A model generated the notes under the pieces. That model had not been told where the DNA came from. It did not search any database and saw only the letters and a program-made list of their open reading frames with translations. A DNA stretch of 64,000 bases from Candidatus Poribacteria bacterium (GTDB lineage: Bacteria; Poribacteria; WGA-4E; WGA-3G), in contig OZ219750.1 in assembly GCA_964291315.2 (NCBI GenBank), positions 320,001 to 384,000 of the forward strand. Direction: 5' to 3'. The position numbers and the translations under genes were made by a program. This document shows, in pieces, positions 21,991 through 31,750 of the stretch; position 1 is the stretch's first letter; each line of letters begins with the position of its first letter.

Positions 21991-23256
21991 ATGAATATTA
22001 CTGTCTGCAATCCGTTGTTGAGAACCCCATTGTCCCTTATTGTTGACGATTCGTGTCCGGTAATCAACCTCACGTATTATTGGATACACCAGCGACACGC
22101 TTGGAAATCACGTCACCAGCCCGGCGTTCCACCAGAACGTTGGGAGGGCGCTGCTGCTCAACTGAAAAAGATACCCCCCTCAATCCCCGCTGATTTTGCT
22201 TATGAGTGGGCGGAATGGTGTTGGGAAAACGGTGTAAAAGGCAAATTTAGTCTCGTTCCATATCCTGCCGGGGTCGGACGTGTCGATGAAGGGTTCCCCG
22301 ATTTCCCAGCATACGAGTATCAGGCATGGCTGCGGATTTACCGAGAGATCATCTGGCCAAACTTCGATTTAACGCCGGAGATGCTTACCCATACTGCTGT
22401 CGTTGATCTGGATACATTCACGCTCACCGATGCGTGGGAACAGGTGGAATGGGTAGATCCGCCGGTTGATAACAGACTGACGGACTACATCATCACAGCG
22501 ATGGAAATGCTTGATAATGTCGGTATTCCTTGTGAGGGCGTAACGAGTCCCGGGGCGTTCGGAAAACGCCAAGAGGCTGCGTATGCGAAAGCTGTGCTAA
22601 CTGCTTCACAACACGTCAATAATAACCCGCGTCCGTTCTATTTTCTCTGGCTCAAACATGATGAACTTCCGGATATCCCTATCTGGTATGCTGAAAAAGA
22701 GAAAGGCATCGCTATTGCTAGTGTTGTTTCGTGTGCGGGCGACTGGTTCGGCGGTTGGACGGGCTACGATTTGGGCGATGCTGACCGATTCATTACCGAA
22801 GACGGACAAGGCGGCCGGCTGCCACCGATCCTCGAAAAGGAACTTCCGTGTGTCCTTGTCGGACACTGGCCAGGGTTCTATTTCAACGGTGAAAAAAGTG
22901 GATTTGAGGTGCTGAAGACCGTTAAAGCACGACTCGATAATTATGATCCGGACAGCACCAAAACAATCTGGATGAAACCCTCGGAGATCGCTCACTATTG
23001 GATGGCACGCCAACTCACTGATATTAAGACGCTTGAGCCTCCAACGCGGATTGACCTCTCCACGCAATTCCCGACAGAAAATTTCACACTGGCTATCGAG
23101 GCACGCCTCCGACATATCCGAATCAACGGTTGGGACCTGCGCCAAGTATATGCTCTACGTGACTTTCAGAAAGATACTTTTCTGCATGACGGGCAGCAGA
23201 CATTCGTCGCCTTTGACTTGGAAGTCGGGGATACGATTCTTGAGTTGATACTATAG
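21991..23256 (+). CDS. Conserved hypothetical protein (possible deacetylase-like fold)
   Basis: 421-aa ORF; SLIVDD, KGKFS.VP, PEM.TH and HWPG motifs. Confidence 0.6.
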   Translation: MNITVCNPLLRTPLSLIVDDSCPVINLTYYWIHQRHAWKSRHQPGVPPERWEGAAAQLKKIPPSIPADFAYEWAEWCWENGVKGKFSLVPYPAGVGRVDEGFPDFPAYEYQAWLRIYREIIWPNFDLTPEMLTHTAVVDLDTFTLTDAWEQVEWVDPPVDNRLTDYIITAMEMLDNVGIPCEGVTSPGAFGKRQEAAYAKAVLTASQHVNNNPRPFYFLWLKHDELPDIPIWYAEKEKGIAIASVVSCAGDWFGGWTGYDLGDADRFITEDGQGGRLPPILEKELPCVLVGHWPGFYFNGEKSGFEVLKTVKARLDNYDPDSTKTIWMKPSEIAHYWMARQLTDIKTLEPPTRIDLSTQFPTENFTLAIEARLRHIRINGWDLRQVYALRDFQKDTFLHDGQQTFVAFDLEVGDTILELIL

Positions 23257-23353
23257 CGGTCTTTGTATTCCTGTTTATAGGACGAGAGGCGTTTATTACC
23301 TGTTTGGTCTGCATATTGGCAACGGAGATCGGGATACTGGCTGCCGACAGCTC

Positions 23354-24103
23354 TTAGGGAATAAGGAGGCGTCCCCCGCTTGCGATCACCGTCGAGCCGG
23401 TCATATAACTCGACTCCTCGCTTAAGAGGAACACGATAACGTCGGCCATCTCTTGCGGTTCACCCAGTCTGCCCAGGGGCGTGGTGGACCGAAGCTGCTC
23501 CACCATTTCTGGCGACACCTCACTTAACATGTCCGTTGCAATTGCGCCCGGTGCCACCGAATTGATGCGGATGTTATGGCGTGCTAGCGGTCCGCAACAG
23601 GATTTCGTGAGAGAGATAATTCCGGCTTTCGCCGCTGCGTAAGGCAGTTGATCCGGGCGAACTGCCAAGGCAGCGATAGAGGAAACATTAACGATACGTC
23701 CAAACTGCTGTGCGATCATCCCGGGTTTAACTGCCCATAGCACATTGAAGGGCCCCGTCAGGTTAATCGCGATAATCCGATCCCAGTGTTCAGGGGTGAG
23801 CTCTTCAAACTCTATATCGCCCACATCCCCGGCATTGTTCACTAATACATCTATCTGTCCAAATTCTTGGGTCACTGTTGTGACCATCTTGTTCACGGCT
23901 TCTCTATCGGCAATATCTGCCTGCACCGGTAGTGTCTGTTGTCCGAGGTCTCGGATCTGCTCACAGACCTCTTCTGCTTTGGCAGCTGAGCGTGAGTAGT
24001 GGACAGCAACCGTCGCGCCTTCCGCTGCCAGTTTAAGTGCTGTCGCCTTTCCGATACCCCGACTTCCGCCGGTTACCAACGCGACCCTTCCCTGGAATTT
24101 CAT
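23354..24103 (-). CDS. SDR family oxidoreductase (FabG-like)
   Basis: TGGSRGIG, NNAG, YAAAK. Confidence 0.93.
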   Translation of the reverse strand: MKFQGRVALVTGGSRGIGKATALKLAAEGATVAVHYSRSAAKAEEVCEQIRDLGQQTLPVQADIADREAVNKMVTTVTQEFGQIDVLVNNAGDVGDIEFEELTPEHWDRIIAINLTGPFNVLWAVKPGMIAQQFGRIVNVSSIAALAVRPDQLPYAAAKAGIISLTKSCCGPLARHNIRINSVAPGAIATDMLSEVSPEMVEQLRSTTPLGRLGEPQEMADVIVFLLSEESSYMTGSTVIASGGRLLIP

Positions 24104-24152
24104 CGGCCCTCACCAACCCTCCGTATGATAACATTTTGATTTGCGTTCTTTA

Positions 24153-24181
24153 AATATACCGCAAGCGCCAACGCAAGTCAA
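24153..24181 (-). promoter_or_regulatory. Sigma70 promoter for the SDR gene
   Basis: TTGACT-17-TATATT on the minus strand. Confidence 0.55.
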
Positions 24182-24394
24182 TATCTAAACATGTCAAACC
24201 GGGTATACAGTTTTTGATTGAGGTGTGCTTGCCAGAAGTGCCGCATTGTGGCATAACCTGTTGGGTTGTGCTTCTTCCTGATTCAGAGAGTCTGTTTCTA
24301 AACTATTACCCACCTCTTTGCCAATTTCTTAAAAAAAGCAAATTTTTTTTGCCTCGATGACCTTTTCTGTCATTTTCAAGGTCTTGTTGTATGA

Positions 24395-24952
24395 ATGGAC
24401 GCAAAAGACCTTGAAAACATCTCAGATAACGTTTTACTCGCCCGGATTCAAAACGGAGATGATGATGCACTTGTAGCCCTCATTGAAAAATATGAGCGGC
24501 TCCTCAAGACTATTATCTACTATGAAATCGGTAATCCCGAGGAAAAAGCGGATATTTATCAAGAGACCGTCCTCGCGATTGTGCGGCGGATCCGCAGGCA
24601 AGCAGAGGGAATTCGTTCTGTTAAACAGTGGGTAAAACAGATAGCGCGTAGTAAGTGCAAGGCATTCCTAGTAGATGCCAAGAAACGTGGCATCGTCAGG
24701 GACTGGGCTGAAGATTACTATGCCCTCAGGACTGATCAGCAGGAACAAAAGTCTGAAAACGTTGATCAAATTTTAGACGTGGTCGAGGAGATGGGTTCCA
24801 TTTATGTAGAGGTTGTTGAGTTGTGGGCGGACGGACTGACGGAGGCTGAATCAGCAGAAGTGCTGAATATTTCGCCAAACACCGTAAAGTCTCGGCGGAA
24901 CAAGATACGAAAGGTCGCCCGTGAACGTTTCGGTGTGTCGGTTTCCAAGTAA
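24395..24952 (+). CDS. ECF-type RNA polymerase sigma factor
   Basis: Region 2 (GD.DA...L..KY, DIYQE, WV..IA) and region 4 HTH (E.AEVLNIS.NTVKSR). Confidence 0.88.
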   Translation: MDAKDLENISDNVLLARIQNGDDDALVALIEKYERLLKTIIYYEIGNPEEKADIYQETVLAIVRRIRRQAEGIRSVKQWVKQIARSKCKAFLVDAKKRGIVRDWAEDYYALRTDQQEQKSENVDQILDVVEEMGSIYVEVVELWADGLTEAESAEVLNISPNTVKSRRNKIRKVARERFGVSVSK

Positions 24953-24954
24953 TT

Positions 24955-25133
24955 TGGTTGTACCGTGACTCAACTGAATAAACATTGACTAGATTTTAAG
25001 ATTGACAATTTTTCTATAAGGTGTTAACCTAATTGGCAACCTCGCTTTTTTATTTCTGATTAGGTTGGCATCCTATTTTACATAGGTGTGAGCTTTTTCG
25101 GTTCGCCCCTTATATCACAATAAGCGGATTGCT
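24955..25133 (+). repeat. Copy 1 of a conserved promoter plus structured-leader element
   Basis: TTGACA(25002-7)-17-TAACCT(25025-30); matches 30196-30370 and 33684-33814. Confidence 0.85.
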
Positions 25134-25206
25134 AGCGAAGGCAAAATTTTCCTTTTTACCATCTGATAGCAATTCCTTTAAAGATAAAATGTTAGGAGAC
25201 CTTCCA

Positions 25207-25590
25207 ATGATCAGAAGAAAAAGAAACATTCTTGTATCGCATCTTCTATTGCTTGTTTTGTTCAGCACCCCTTTTCTAATGATTTGCTCGATACAAGAGG
25301 CGGATGCTTGGTTCATGCACCAGACCAATTGTAGGTCGGAATTCGAAATCGGGGCTTCTGCCGGTGCTGAAATCGATAAATTTGGGCCTAAGGCCAAAGC
25401 TGAAGCCAAAGTGAGTTTTAAGGTTGTGTGTGATACGGAGTTTCACTGGAGTCCCTTCCCACACGGCGACGATGATGATGACTCCTCTTCCGGAAGTTGC
25501 GACGATGACTCCTCCGGGAATTACAGCACGTCTCCGTGGTGCCTTAGATGCAGCGGTTCGATACACGTGGGACGATGTCCGGAGTTTTAG
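25207..25590 (+). CDS. Small secreted Cys-containing, Asp/Ser-rich peptide (127 aa)
   Basis: AGGAG RBS, basic and hydrophobic signal peptide ending EADA, DDDDDSSSG/DDDSSG repeat, C-terminal CxxC..H...C. Confidence 0.7.
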   Translation: MIRRKRNILVSHLLLLVLFSTPFLMICSIQEADAWFMHQTNCRSEFEIGASAGAEIDKFGPKAKAEAKVSFKVVCDTEFHWSPFPHGDDDDDSSSGSCDDDSSGNYSTSPWCLRCSGSIHVGRCPEF

Positions 25591-25670
25591 TATTCCTCCA
25601 AAGGAGATTGGTGTATATACTGTGAGGAGGAACATTGGAGCTGTAATTTCGGTACCGGTTTGGTAACGCC

Positions 25671-25692
25671 GGTGAAATGGATTCACCTTTTT
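25671..25692 (+). terminator. Intrinsic terminator-like hairpin after the peptide gene; a second longer hairpin lies at ~25697-25731
   Basis: GGTGAA-atgga-TTCACC-TTTTT, then CTCGGAGCGTTTCCT...AGGAACGTTCCGAG. Confidence 0.5.
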
Positions 25693-25780
25693 CAGCCTCG
25701 GAGCGTTTCCTTGAAACAGGAACGTTCCGAGATCACAACGACAACAGTATGTTAGCGTTTTTTATTTTTTATCTGAGTTT

Positions 25781-25915
25781 ATGAGCGAGATAGATCTGTT
25801 CCTACAGAGATTAGATGACCTTCTCATCTTCCTCTCCATTGTCTTTGGAGGGTTTATCATAGGTTTTTTCCTCCTCGTGTGGCTGGTTTTATGGTTCTAT
25901 AAGAAACGTAGGTAA
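25781..25915 (+). CDS. 44-aa single-TM peptide (below the ORF track cutoff)
   Basis: MSEIDLFLQRLDDLLIFLSIVFGGFIIGFFLLVWLVLWFYKKRR*; acidic N-terminus, TM helix, basic C-tail. Confidence 0.5.
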   Translation: MSEIDLFLQRLDDLLIFLSIVFGGFIIGFFLLVWLVLWFYKKRR

Positions 25916-26008
25916 AACGTCTATGCGGGAAATCGCAATATTTTGACAGAAAAGGAGGAAGACTGTCTTTGGTTGAGTCAATTCAATATGGACAGTCCCA
26001 AAATGTAA

Positions 26009-26860
26009 ATGAGATTTCTAAATGTGTGTCTATTCATTTTTATGCTTTGTGGTATTGGTCTCTATGCGGTTCACCCGCATGCAGATCATTCTGCTACATC
26101 TGGTGATCATACCGTGCTCTATAAAGGTTCCTCCGCCCCTTGGCAAACAGAGCTGCAAGCGTTTCAGAAACTTCTGAAGACGGACGCTTCCGCTGCGAGG
26201 GCCGAACTTCATGCCTTTGCTGAAAGAATCTTTGGAGACCATGCACTCGTTGAAGAATGGGTGCCCCTCTACTTCCGGATCCGAAAAGACGGTACCACCC
26301 ATCTTTCTGATCTCAAGCGTGTCTCGGAACTCGAAATTCGCATGCTGGAGCGTATTGATCCGGAAAAATATGCCGAGCAGATACAGCATCACCAAAAAAA
26401 GATCAAACGTTCGAGTGTTTCTCGTCAGAAGGGAAACGAGTCTGCTCCAACGGGAGCCCTCAAAGGCCAATGGAGTTCTCCTACCCTGACGGCATTTGAA
26501 AGTGGCGGTGAATTTTTCATCAACTTTGTTAACTTGTTGACTACGGACCTGAAAGCCGCGCGCGCCGAACTCAACAAGTATGCGTCTCAGCGATATGGAG
26601 ACCATCCGCACAAGGCAGAATGGACTGAACTTGTCTTTCGCAACTTCCGCGACAAAAAATCCAAGATTTTGGACTTGATGCGGCTGTATGAGTTGGAAAA
26701 GCAGATGCTGACAGACATTGACCCTGAAAAGCATGCCGATGGAATAAAAAATCTTGAGCGAATCATTAAAATCCACGAACGTCTGCAAAGAAATTTTGAA
26801 CGTCAAGGGACACCTAACCCAACCATCGGTGTTGAGTTTAATCTAACAACAGAAGATTGA
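26009..26860 (+). CDS. Exported hypothetical protein with two copies of a ~90-aa helical domain
   Basis: Signal peptide; internal repeat AARAEL...GDH...W...ML..IDPEK. Confidence 0.75.
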   Translation: MRFLNVCLFIFMLCGIGLYAVHPHADHSATSGDHTVLYKGSSAPWQTELQAFQKLLKTDASAARAELHAFAERIFGDHALVEEWVPLYFRIRKDGTTHLSDLKRVSELEIRMLERIDPEKYAEQIQHHQKKIKRSSVSRQKGNESAPTGALKGQWSSPTLTAFESGGEFFINFVNLLTTDLKAARAELNKYASQRYGDHPHKAEWTELVFRNFRDKKSKILDLMRLYELEKQMLTDIDPEKHADGIKNLERIIKIHERLQRNFERQGTPNPTIGVEFNLTTED

Positions 26861-26877
26861 GAAAAAAGGAGTCAGAG

Positions 26878-27612
26878 ATGAAATCTATGACCACACTCTT
26901 CCGCGTCGGTAGTGTGATAGTGCTTATTTGCATAGGGGTTTGGCTTTACGTCGAGTGGGATCTGAAACGGTTTAGGGAATCGCTACCCTCCTCGTCTCAG
27001 AGAACTGACGAACGCTCGCTTGAACACTTCGCACCCGCCGTCTCCGAAGGAGAACGGAATGGAACAGGAGCCGCTTCATCCGCCGAACTTGACACAGCGC
27101 CTATAGACCGAGACACCGGGGTACTTGAAAGCGAAAGCCGCGTTGCTAGCACTGAGACAGATGTGCTTTTTGATACAGATCCACAATTCAGAGAAGCCCT
27201 TCTTCCCGATGCGGACCTCCCGGAGGTGTCCAATGGAGATGGACCCCGTGAGGCCCCGTACGACTTGATGTTCGTCAAGGCGGGATATGCAGATTACAAC
27301 GCCTATCTGAATACTGATCCCGAATATGCTTACCGAAGGCTTGACGATGCGTTCCGCGAACAATTCGGTGATTCCCCCGATGTTGACATTCTGCTTGAAA
27401 GCGTTCGCCGCTACAATGAAGGCCCCGTGCCAATAGACACGGCAATTCGGTTCGCGGAGGCACAGTTACGACTTCTCTCCAAGTTCGGGTATCCTGAACC
27501 TATAGCAGTACTCCAAGATCACATTGAGATGCTTCGAGAAACGCGGCAATACGGCTTGGAATCTGGGGAGGAAGTTCTCTATCAGAATAACTACCGCTTT
27601 GTATCGGAGTGA
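26878..27612 (+). CDS. N-anchored hypothetical protein with an acidic linker and one divergent copy of the same helical domain
   Basis: AAGGAG RBS, N-terminal TM helix, TDPEYAYRRL...FGDSP. Confidence 0.7.
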   Translation: MKSMTTLFRVGSVIVLICIGVWLYVEWDLKRFRESLPSSSQRTDERSLEHFAPAVSEGERNGTGAASSAELDTAPIDRDTGVLESESRVASTETDVLFDTDPQFREALLPDADLPEVSNGDGPREAPYDLMFVKAGYADYNAYLNTDPEYAYRRLDDAFREQFGDSPDVDILLESVRRYNEGPVPIDTAIRFAEAQLRLLSKFGYPEPIAVLQDHIEMLRETRQYGLESGEEVLYQNNYRFVSE

Positions 27613-27615
27613 CGG

Positions 27616-27975
27616 ATGAAACGTTTGTTTGTTTTTTTGAGTTTAGTGCTTTGCGTGGCGGGTGTCGTTTTTTACTTACCGCTGCGTGACTCTGCTCCCT
27701 CAAAAATTGCACCCCTGTCAAATCAAGATAAGAGAGACATCCTCGAAAATCAGACGACACCTTCCCAGGAAAAGGAATGTGCGTGCTGCCAATCCACATT
27801 AGAGAAGATAAAACGTAAGCGGCAGGCACTAGAAATGTGGGCTCGGGAGAGGATCAACATGTATGGGTACGAAGAAGGAATGAAGCGCATCTCGGAGAAA
27901 TCGGCTACATTGGCAAAACGGATGCAAACCCTCCTTGAAAAAGAAAAAGATGCTAACGGATTCCCCGCTCCGTAG
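27616..27975 (+). CDS. Small N-anchored hypothetical protein (CACC motif)
   Basis: 119-aa ORF in the operon; a paralogous fragment lies at ~31248-31306. Confidence 0.65.
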   Translation: MKRLFVFLSLVLCVAGVVFYLPLRDSAPSKIAPLSNQDKRDILENQTTPSQEKECACCQSTLEKIKRKRQALEMWARERINMYGYEEGMKRISEKSATLAKRMQTLLEKEKDANGFPAP

Positions 27976-30022
27976 AGAAAAAACGTCCCTGTTTAGGGGC
28001 ACATTTTTTTTCATGAGCGCATGGGTGTTGATCTTTGCTGTTCTAATGCTCGCCTTCTGGATCCGTATCCAAGGCGTAGCGCAGCTACCGGAGGGTCAAT
28101 TCACCGAGACCGATGCCTATTTCTACTACTGGCAGGCAGAGCTTATTTCAGAACACGGGCACCTCCCTGCCCGCGATATGCACCGCTGGCTGCCCGTCGG
28201 TAGAGATTTAGGGCAGACGCTGAATCTCTACGGTTACGTCCTTGCTTATGCTCATAAAGCTGTTGCAGCGGTTTTTTCGAAGGTCACGCTCTACCATGTG
28301 ACTGTGTATTTGCCAGTTATCTGCTTTTGCGTCGGGCTCGCGGGGCTCTGTCTTTTTCTTTACCACATCTACGGTCCCCTCTTTTCGAGTGTCGTTGGTG
28401 TGCTTTTGGCAACGCTACCTGGCAGTATAGAACGCAGTGCTGCCGGTTTCGGGGACCGGGACGCTTTTTGTCTGATGCTCGGCCTCCTTGCTGTCCTTTC
28501 ATATCTTGCCGCGCGACACGCCGAAACGCGACGCAGTCGCCTGATTTGGACCCTTACCAGCGGATGTTTTGTCTTTTTAGGCGGCATCAGTTGGGAAGGG
28601 TTCGGTGTCTTTACCAGCATCATAATTCTCGTTGAGATATGGCGTTTTCTCACATCCGAAAGAGAAGAAGAGTTCGGTCTGTACGCCCTATGGGTGCTCC
28701 TCTTCGTTCCAACCCTGTACCTTGTCTCTCCAGCCTATCGGAACGGATATGGTTTCGCAGAACACCTCTTTGCGTTTGTGCTTGTGCCTCCGGTTGTGCT
28801 TCTGGGTCTCCGCGCACTCCGAAAACAGCTGCTTGTCAGATCGGAAAAACTCCGATCACATGCCCCGACTTTGTCCCTCGTTTTGATACTTGCTAGTCTT
28901 GCAATTACACTCGTCTATGTTTGGGGTCAATTGGACACCTTCGCCGATACCACTGTCCCGCTGAGTAAGAAACCTGTCATGCAGGCGATGACAGAACTCC
29001 GGGCACCGCATGCCCGTTATTGGACTGCTCGTTATGGCTGCGTGTTTATTGTAGGAAGTCTCGGCTTTGTCCTTATACCATTTTCGCTCTGGAAAAAGCG
29101 GGGTCTCTTCTTGTCTATACCGCTAGCACTCTTTACGGCTACTTCCTTCTACCGTGCCTCGTTGGAGAACGTGTGGGGGGAATCTTTTGGGAATGCCCTC
29201 TTCGGTAGTGCTATTGTGGTATGTCTACTCATACTTATGTTTTTCCCGTGGCAGCGAAAAAACAGTGAAGGCCCGTCAGAACTTGTTTCTATTGCCTTCA
29301 CAGTGTGGTTTATTGCTTGGGTCGCGCTTTCCCGCGATGCAAAACGTTATGACTTCTTTATCGGGGTTGCCCTTGCCTTCGGAGCAGCAACGTTCATAGG
29401 AACGTTTTCAAAAATCGTTCTCAATAAAATCAGAGTGCGAACGAAGTATCCACACTCTCTGCGTTACCTAAGAGGCAGCATCACAGCTTTGTTACTCATC
29501 GTTGTTATGTTCTTTCCTTCGCCTTTCGGGCATGCCAATCGGTCAATATATGCAGCAACTCGGATGCGAAAGGCTCTCCCTGGCAGGACAGTGATTGCAG
29601 AAGCCTTCCGTTGGATGAACTCAAATCTGCCGCGTGATGCTATTGTCGCAGCAGATTGGCGTTACGGCAGCCAACTCAACGTACTCGCCGGTGTCAAAAC
29701 TATTATAGATCAAGACACCTACATACAAGACTGGATACATCTTTACCATAAACATGTTGTCTATTCGAGGACCCAACGCGAGGCTTTGGAATTCTTGAAA
29801 ACCCACGGAGCAACACATCTGATGTTAGTCGGACAACATCCTGCGAAGCATTTCCTCAGGGGGCACCCCGGCGATGCGTTCGTTCCAGTCTATCCAAGAA
29901 ACAACTTTTCTGGTGCAACACTAAACCTCTGGGAGCTCCACTATCCCCCGGACATCCAAACCGATCCGAAATACCTGAAAACCGGTTTCCAAGAGATAGA
30001 TGCAGCATTACAACGACACTGA
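27950..30022 (+). CDS. STT3/AglB/PglB-like oligosaccharyltransferase (GT-C) with a variant catalytic motif
   Basis: Many TM segments; E.DAY.YY, ..RS.AGFGD.D, and W+..NLP.DA.V...W.YG.Q (DWRYG in place of WWDYG). Confidence 0.75.
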   Translation: MLTDSPLRREKTSLFRGTFFFMSAWVLIFAVLMLAFWIRIQGVAQLPEGQFTETDAYFYYWQAELISEHGHLPARDMHRWLPVGRDLGQTLNLYGYVLAYAHKAVAAVFSKVTLYHVTVYLPVICFCVGLAGLCLFLYHIYGPLFSSVVGVLLATLPGSIERSAAGFGDRDAFCLMLGLLAVLSYLAARHAETRRSRLIWTLTSGCFVFLGGISWEGFGVFTSIIILVEIWRFLTSEREEEFGLYALWVLLFVPTLYLVSPAYRNGYGFAEHLFAFVLVPPVVLLGLRALRKQLLVRSEKLRSHAPTLSLVLILASLAITLVYVWGQLDTFADTTVPLSKKPVMQAMTELRAPHARYWTARYGCVFIVGSLGFVLIPFSLWKKRGLFLSIPLALFTATSFYRASLENVWGESFGNALFGSAIVVCLLILMFFPWQRKNSEGPSELVSIAFTVWFIAWVALSRDAKRYDFFIGVALAFGAATFIGTFSKIVLNKIRVRTKYPHSLRYLRGSITALLLIVVMFFPSPFGHANRSIYAATRMRKALPGRTVIAEAFRWMNSNLPRDAIVAADWRYGSQLNVLAGVKTIIDQDTYIQDWIHLYHKHVVYSRTQREALEFLKTHGATHLMLVGQHPAKHFLRGHPGDAFVPVYPRNNFSGATLNLWELHYPPDIQTDPKYLKTGFQEIDAALQRH

Positions 30023-30195
30023 GCAGGCGGCAAACATCATATCAGAGCCATTCAATTGTTGATACTGGTTTTTTGAATGATGTTGAGGGGGTTCCCTGGA
30101 TGTGCGCAAGCAAATCGTCATAAATTTTTGCGATGTGCGTATGGTCAGAGCCGCAGGAGCGTGAGGGTGGTATTGCGTAAAGCTGCCGTCACTTG

Positions 30196-30370
30196 TGGTT
30201 GTACTGCGCCTCAGCGAAATAAACATTGATTAGATTTTAAGATTGACAATTTTTCTATAAGGTGTTAACCTGATTCGCAACCCTCTTTGTGACGTTTTTA
30301 GGTTGGCATCCTATCTTACTATTTGCGGGCTTTTTCGGTTCGCCCCTTATATCACAATAAGCGGATTGCT
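30196..30370 (+). repeat. Copy 2 of the promoter plus structured-leader element
   Basis: TTGACA(30243-8)-17-TAACCT(30266-71); the 3' block GCTTTTTCGGTTCGCCCCTTATATCACAATAAGCGGATTGCT is identical to copy 1. Confidence 0.85.
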
Positions 30371-30476
30371 TGTCTCTCCTTTGGATTTTCCAATTTTCCA
30401 TCAGTGTAAACTGTCACTATAAGTTGAATCCGATTCGACACAAACGTGTGTCGAAAGGGATAAAGGAGCATATCTA

Positions 30477-31142
30477 ATGCTAAGAAAAAAGTTTTACATT
30501 CCAATCGGACTCGGGATCCTTGCGATAGCTGCGATAGGTTTCCTGTCTCTACGCTCGGATGTGTCAGATGGACTAGTTAAGGTTTACAAAGCAACCAAGC
30601 CCGTTGCTAGATCATCGGGTTCATCCTCCGCTGCCACCGTAAAAACGTCATTTTCTGCATCGCCTCCACTAGATACTTATGAAGCAGGACACGAGACACC
30701 CCTGTCTGGGAGTGCGTCTGATACTTATACAGATAGTGAACCGCAGGGTAACGAGGAGATCGAGATTGAACAGTTGCGGGCTGAGGTAGCTGATTTGAAA
30801 AAGATTATCGCAGAAAAGCGTGCAATCCTTACAGAGGTTAAGAACTTTAATGCGTGGGTAGAACGAGTGGATCTACGGTCTTCTTTCTCGGAGCTTTTGT
30901 CTTTACGTTCTTTACCTACAGAGGAGATTCGCGAGAAGTACTCTGCGGCGGAATTTCGGGCGATTGCCGTTGATAATGCCTCGCGCTTCAATGCGATTCG
31001 CGACGAGTTTTTGACTCGCGTTGAAAATTACTCACCCGGGGCAAGAGCTATCATTTATGAGCAGATTCATTCGGACCCGGTGTCGAGTCAGATCTACCGT
31101 GATTATATTGAAAACCCATGGGTAGATGGGGTACCGAAATGA
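30477..31142 (+). CDS. N-anchored hypothetical protein with a Ser-rich linker and coiled coil
   Basis: AAGGAG RBS, N-terminal TM helix, V.VYK motif shared with the 34148 protein. Confidence 0.7.
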   Translation: MLRKKFYIPIGLGILAIAAIGFLSLRSDVSDGLVKVYKATKPVARSSGSSSAATVKTSFSASPPLDTYEAGHETPLSGSASDTYTDSEPQGNEEIEIEQLRAEVADLKKIIAEKRAILTEVKNFNAWVERVDLRSSFSELLSLRSLPTEEIREKYSAAEFRAIAVDNASRFNAIRDEFLTRVENYSPGARAIIYEQIHSDPVSSQIYRDYIENPWVDGVPK

Positions 31143-31310
31143 AAATTCTTTGGAAATCCGCTATCCTATTATCTTTGGCGTTTTTGATAGTTTGCTTCTC
31201 TGCTTCAGAGGCGGATGAGGAGGTTGAGATATTGAAACGGGACCTTAAGAGCAGATAAGACGTAAGCAGCGGGCACTCGAAATGTGGGCTCGGGAGAGGA
31301 TCAACTTCAT
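31139..31310 (+). pseudogene. Degenerate remnant that includes a paralog of 27616-27975
   Basis: Signal-peptide ORF MKILWKSAILL... stops early. An out-of-frame EQIRRKQRALEMWARERIN matches EKIKRKRQALEMWARERIN. Confidence 0.6.
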
Positions 31311-31331
31311 AGGGGTCTTTTTCGAGACGTT

Positions 31332-31750
31332 TTACTTCGTCGGTCTCGGTAAAAACAGTTCAAAGTCGAGGGACACTTTTACTTTCTCGGTTTCAAGAGA
31401 TCCTTGTTTTTTGAGTAGTTTCTCGAGGCTCTTGAATTGTTTCAAAGTGTTTTCGGTGGCTTGAATCTGTTCTTTATATGTTTCGGCATCTGTTTGCTTC
31501 ATTAACTGAAGGTGCAGCGTTGTGAACGCAATCGTATCTGGATAGGTGGCCATTTCCTGAGTGGCGACTTTCAACAAAGCATCGACGAATGATTCGGCGA
31601 GCGGGTTGTTGTTGTATTGCTTTGCGACGTGTTTGATGAGTAGTTTGCGCGCGGCATCGGGATCGCGTGCGTAAAATGCTTTAAAATCGTTTTCTTGAGG
31701 GTTGCCGCGGCTTTTATGAGAAAAACAGCGTGGAAACCCGCAGTTTGAGA
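31332..31750 (-). pseudogene. 5'-disrupted paralog of the 26009 helical-domain protein
   Basis: Frame is open upstream of the listed ORF: DFKAFYARDPDAARKLL...YNNNPL...LMKQTDAETYKEQIQ. No in-frame start precedes the stop at 31752-54. Confidence 0.6.

Noticed and set aside
26030-26806. 258-aa antisense ORF, and the many other shadow ORFs in the track
   Set aside because: They fully overlap better-supported genes on the opposite strand or frame and show no motifs or RBS.
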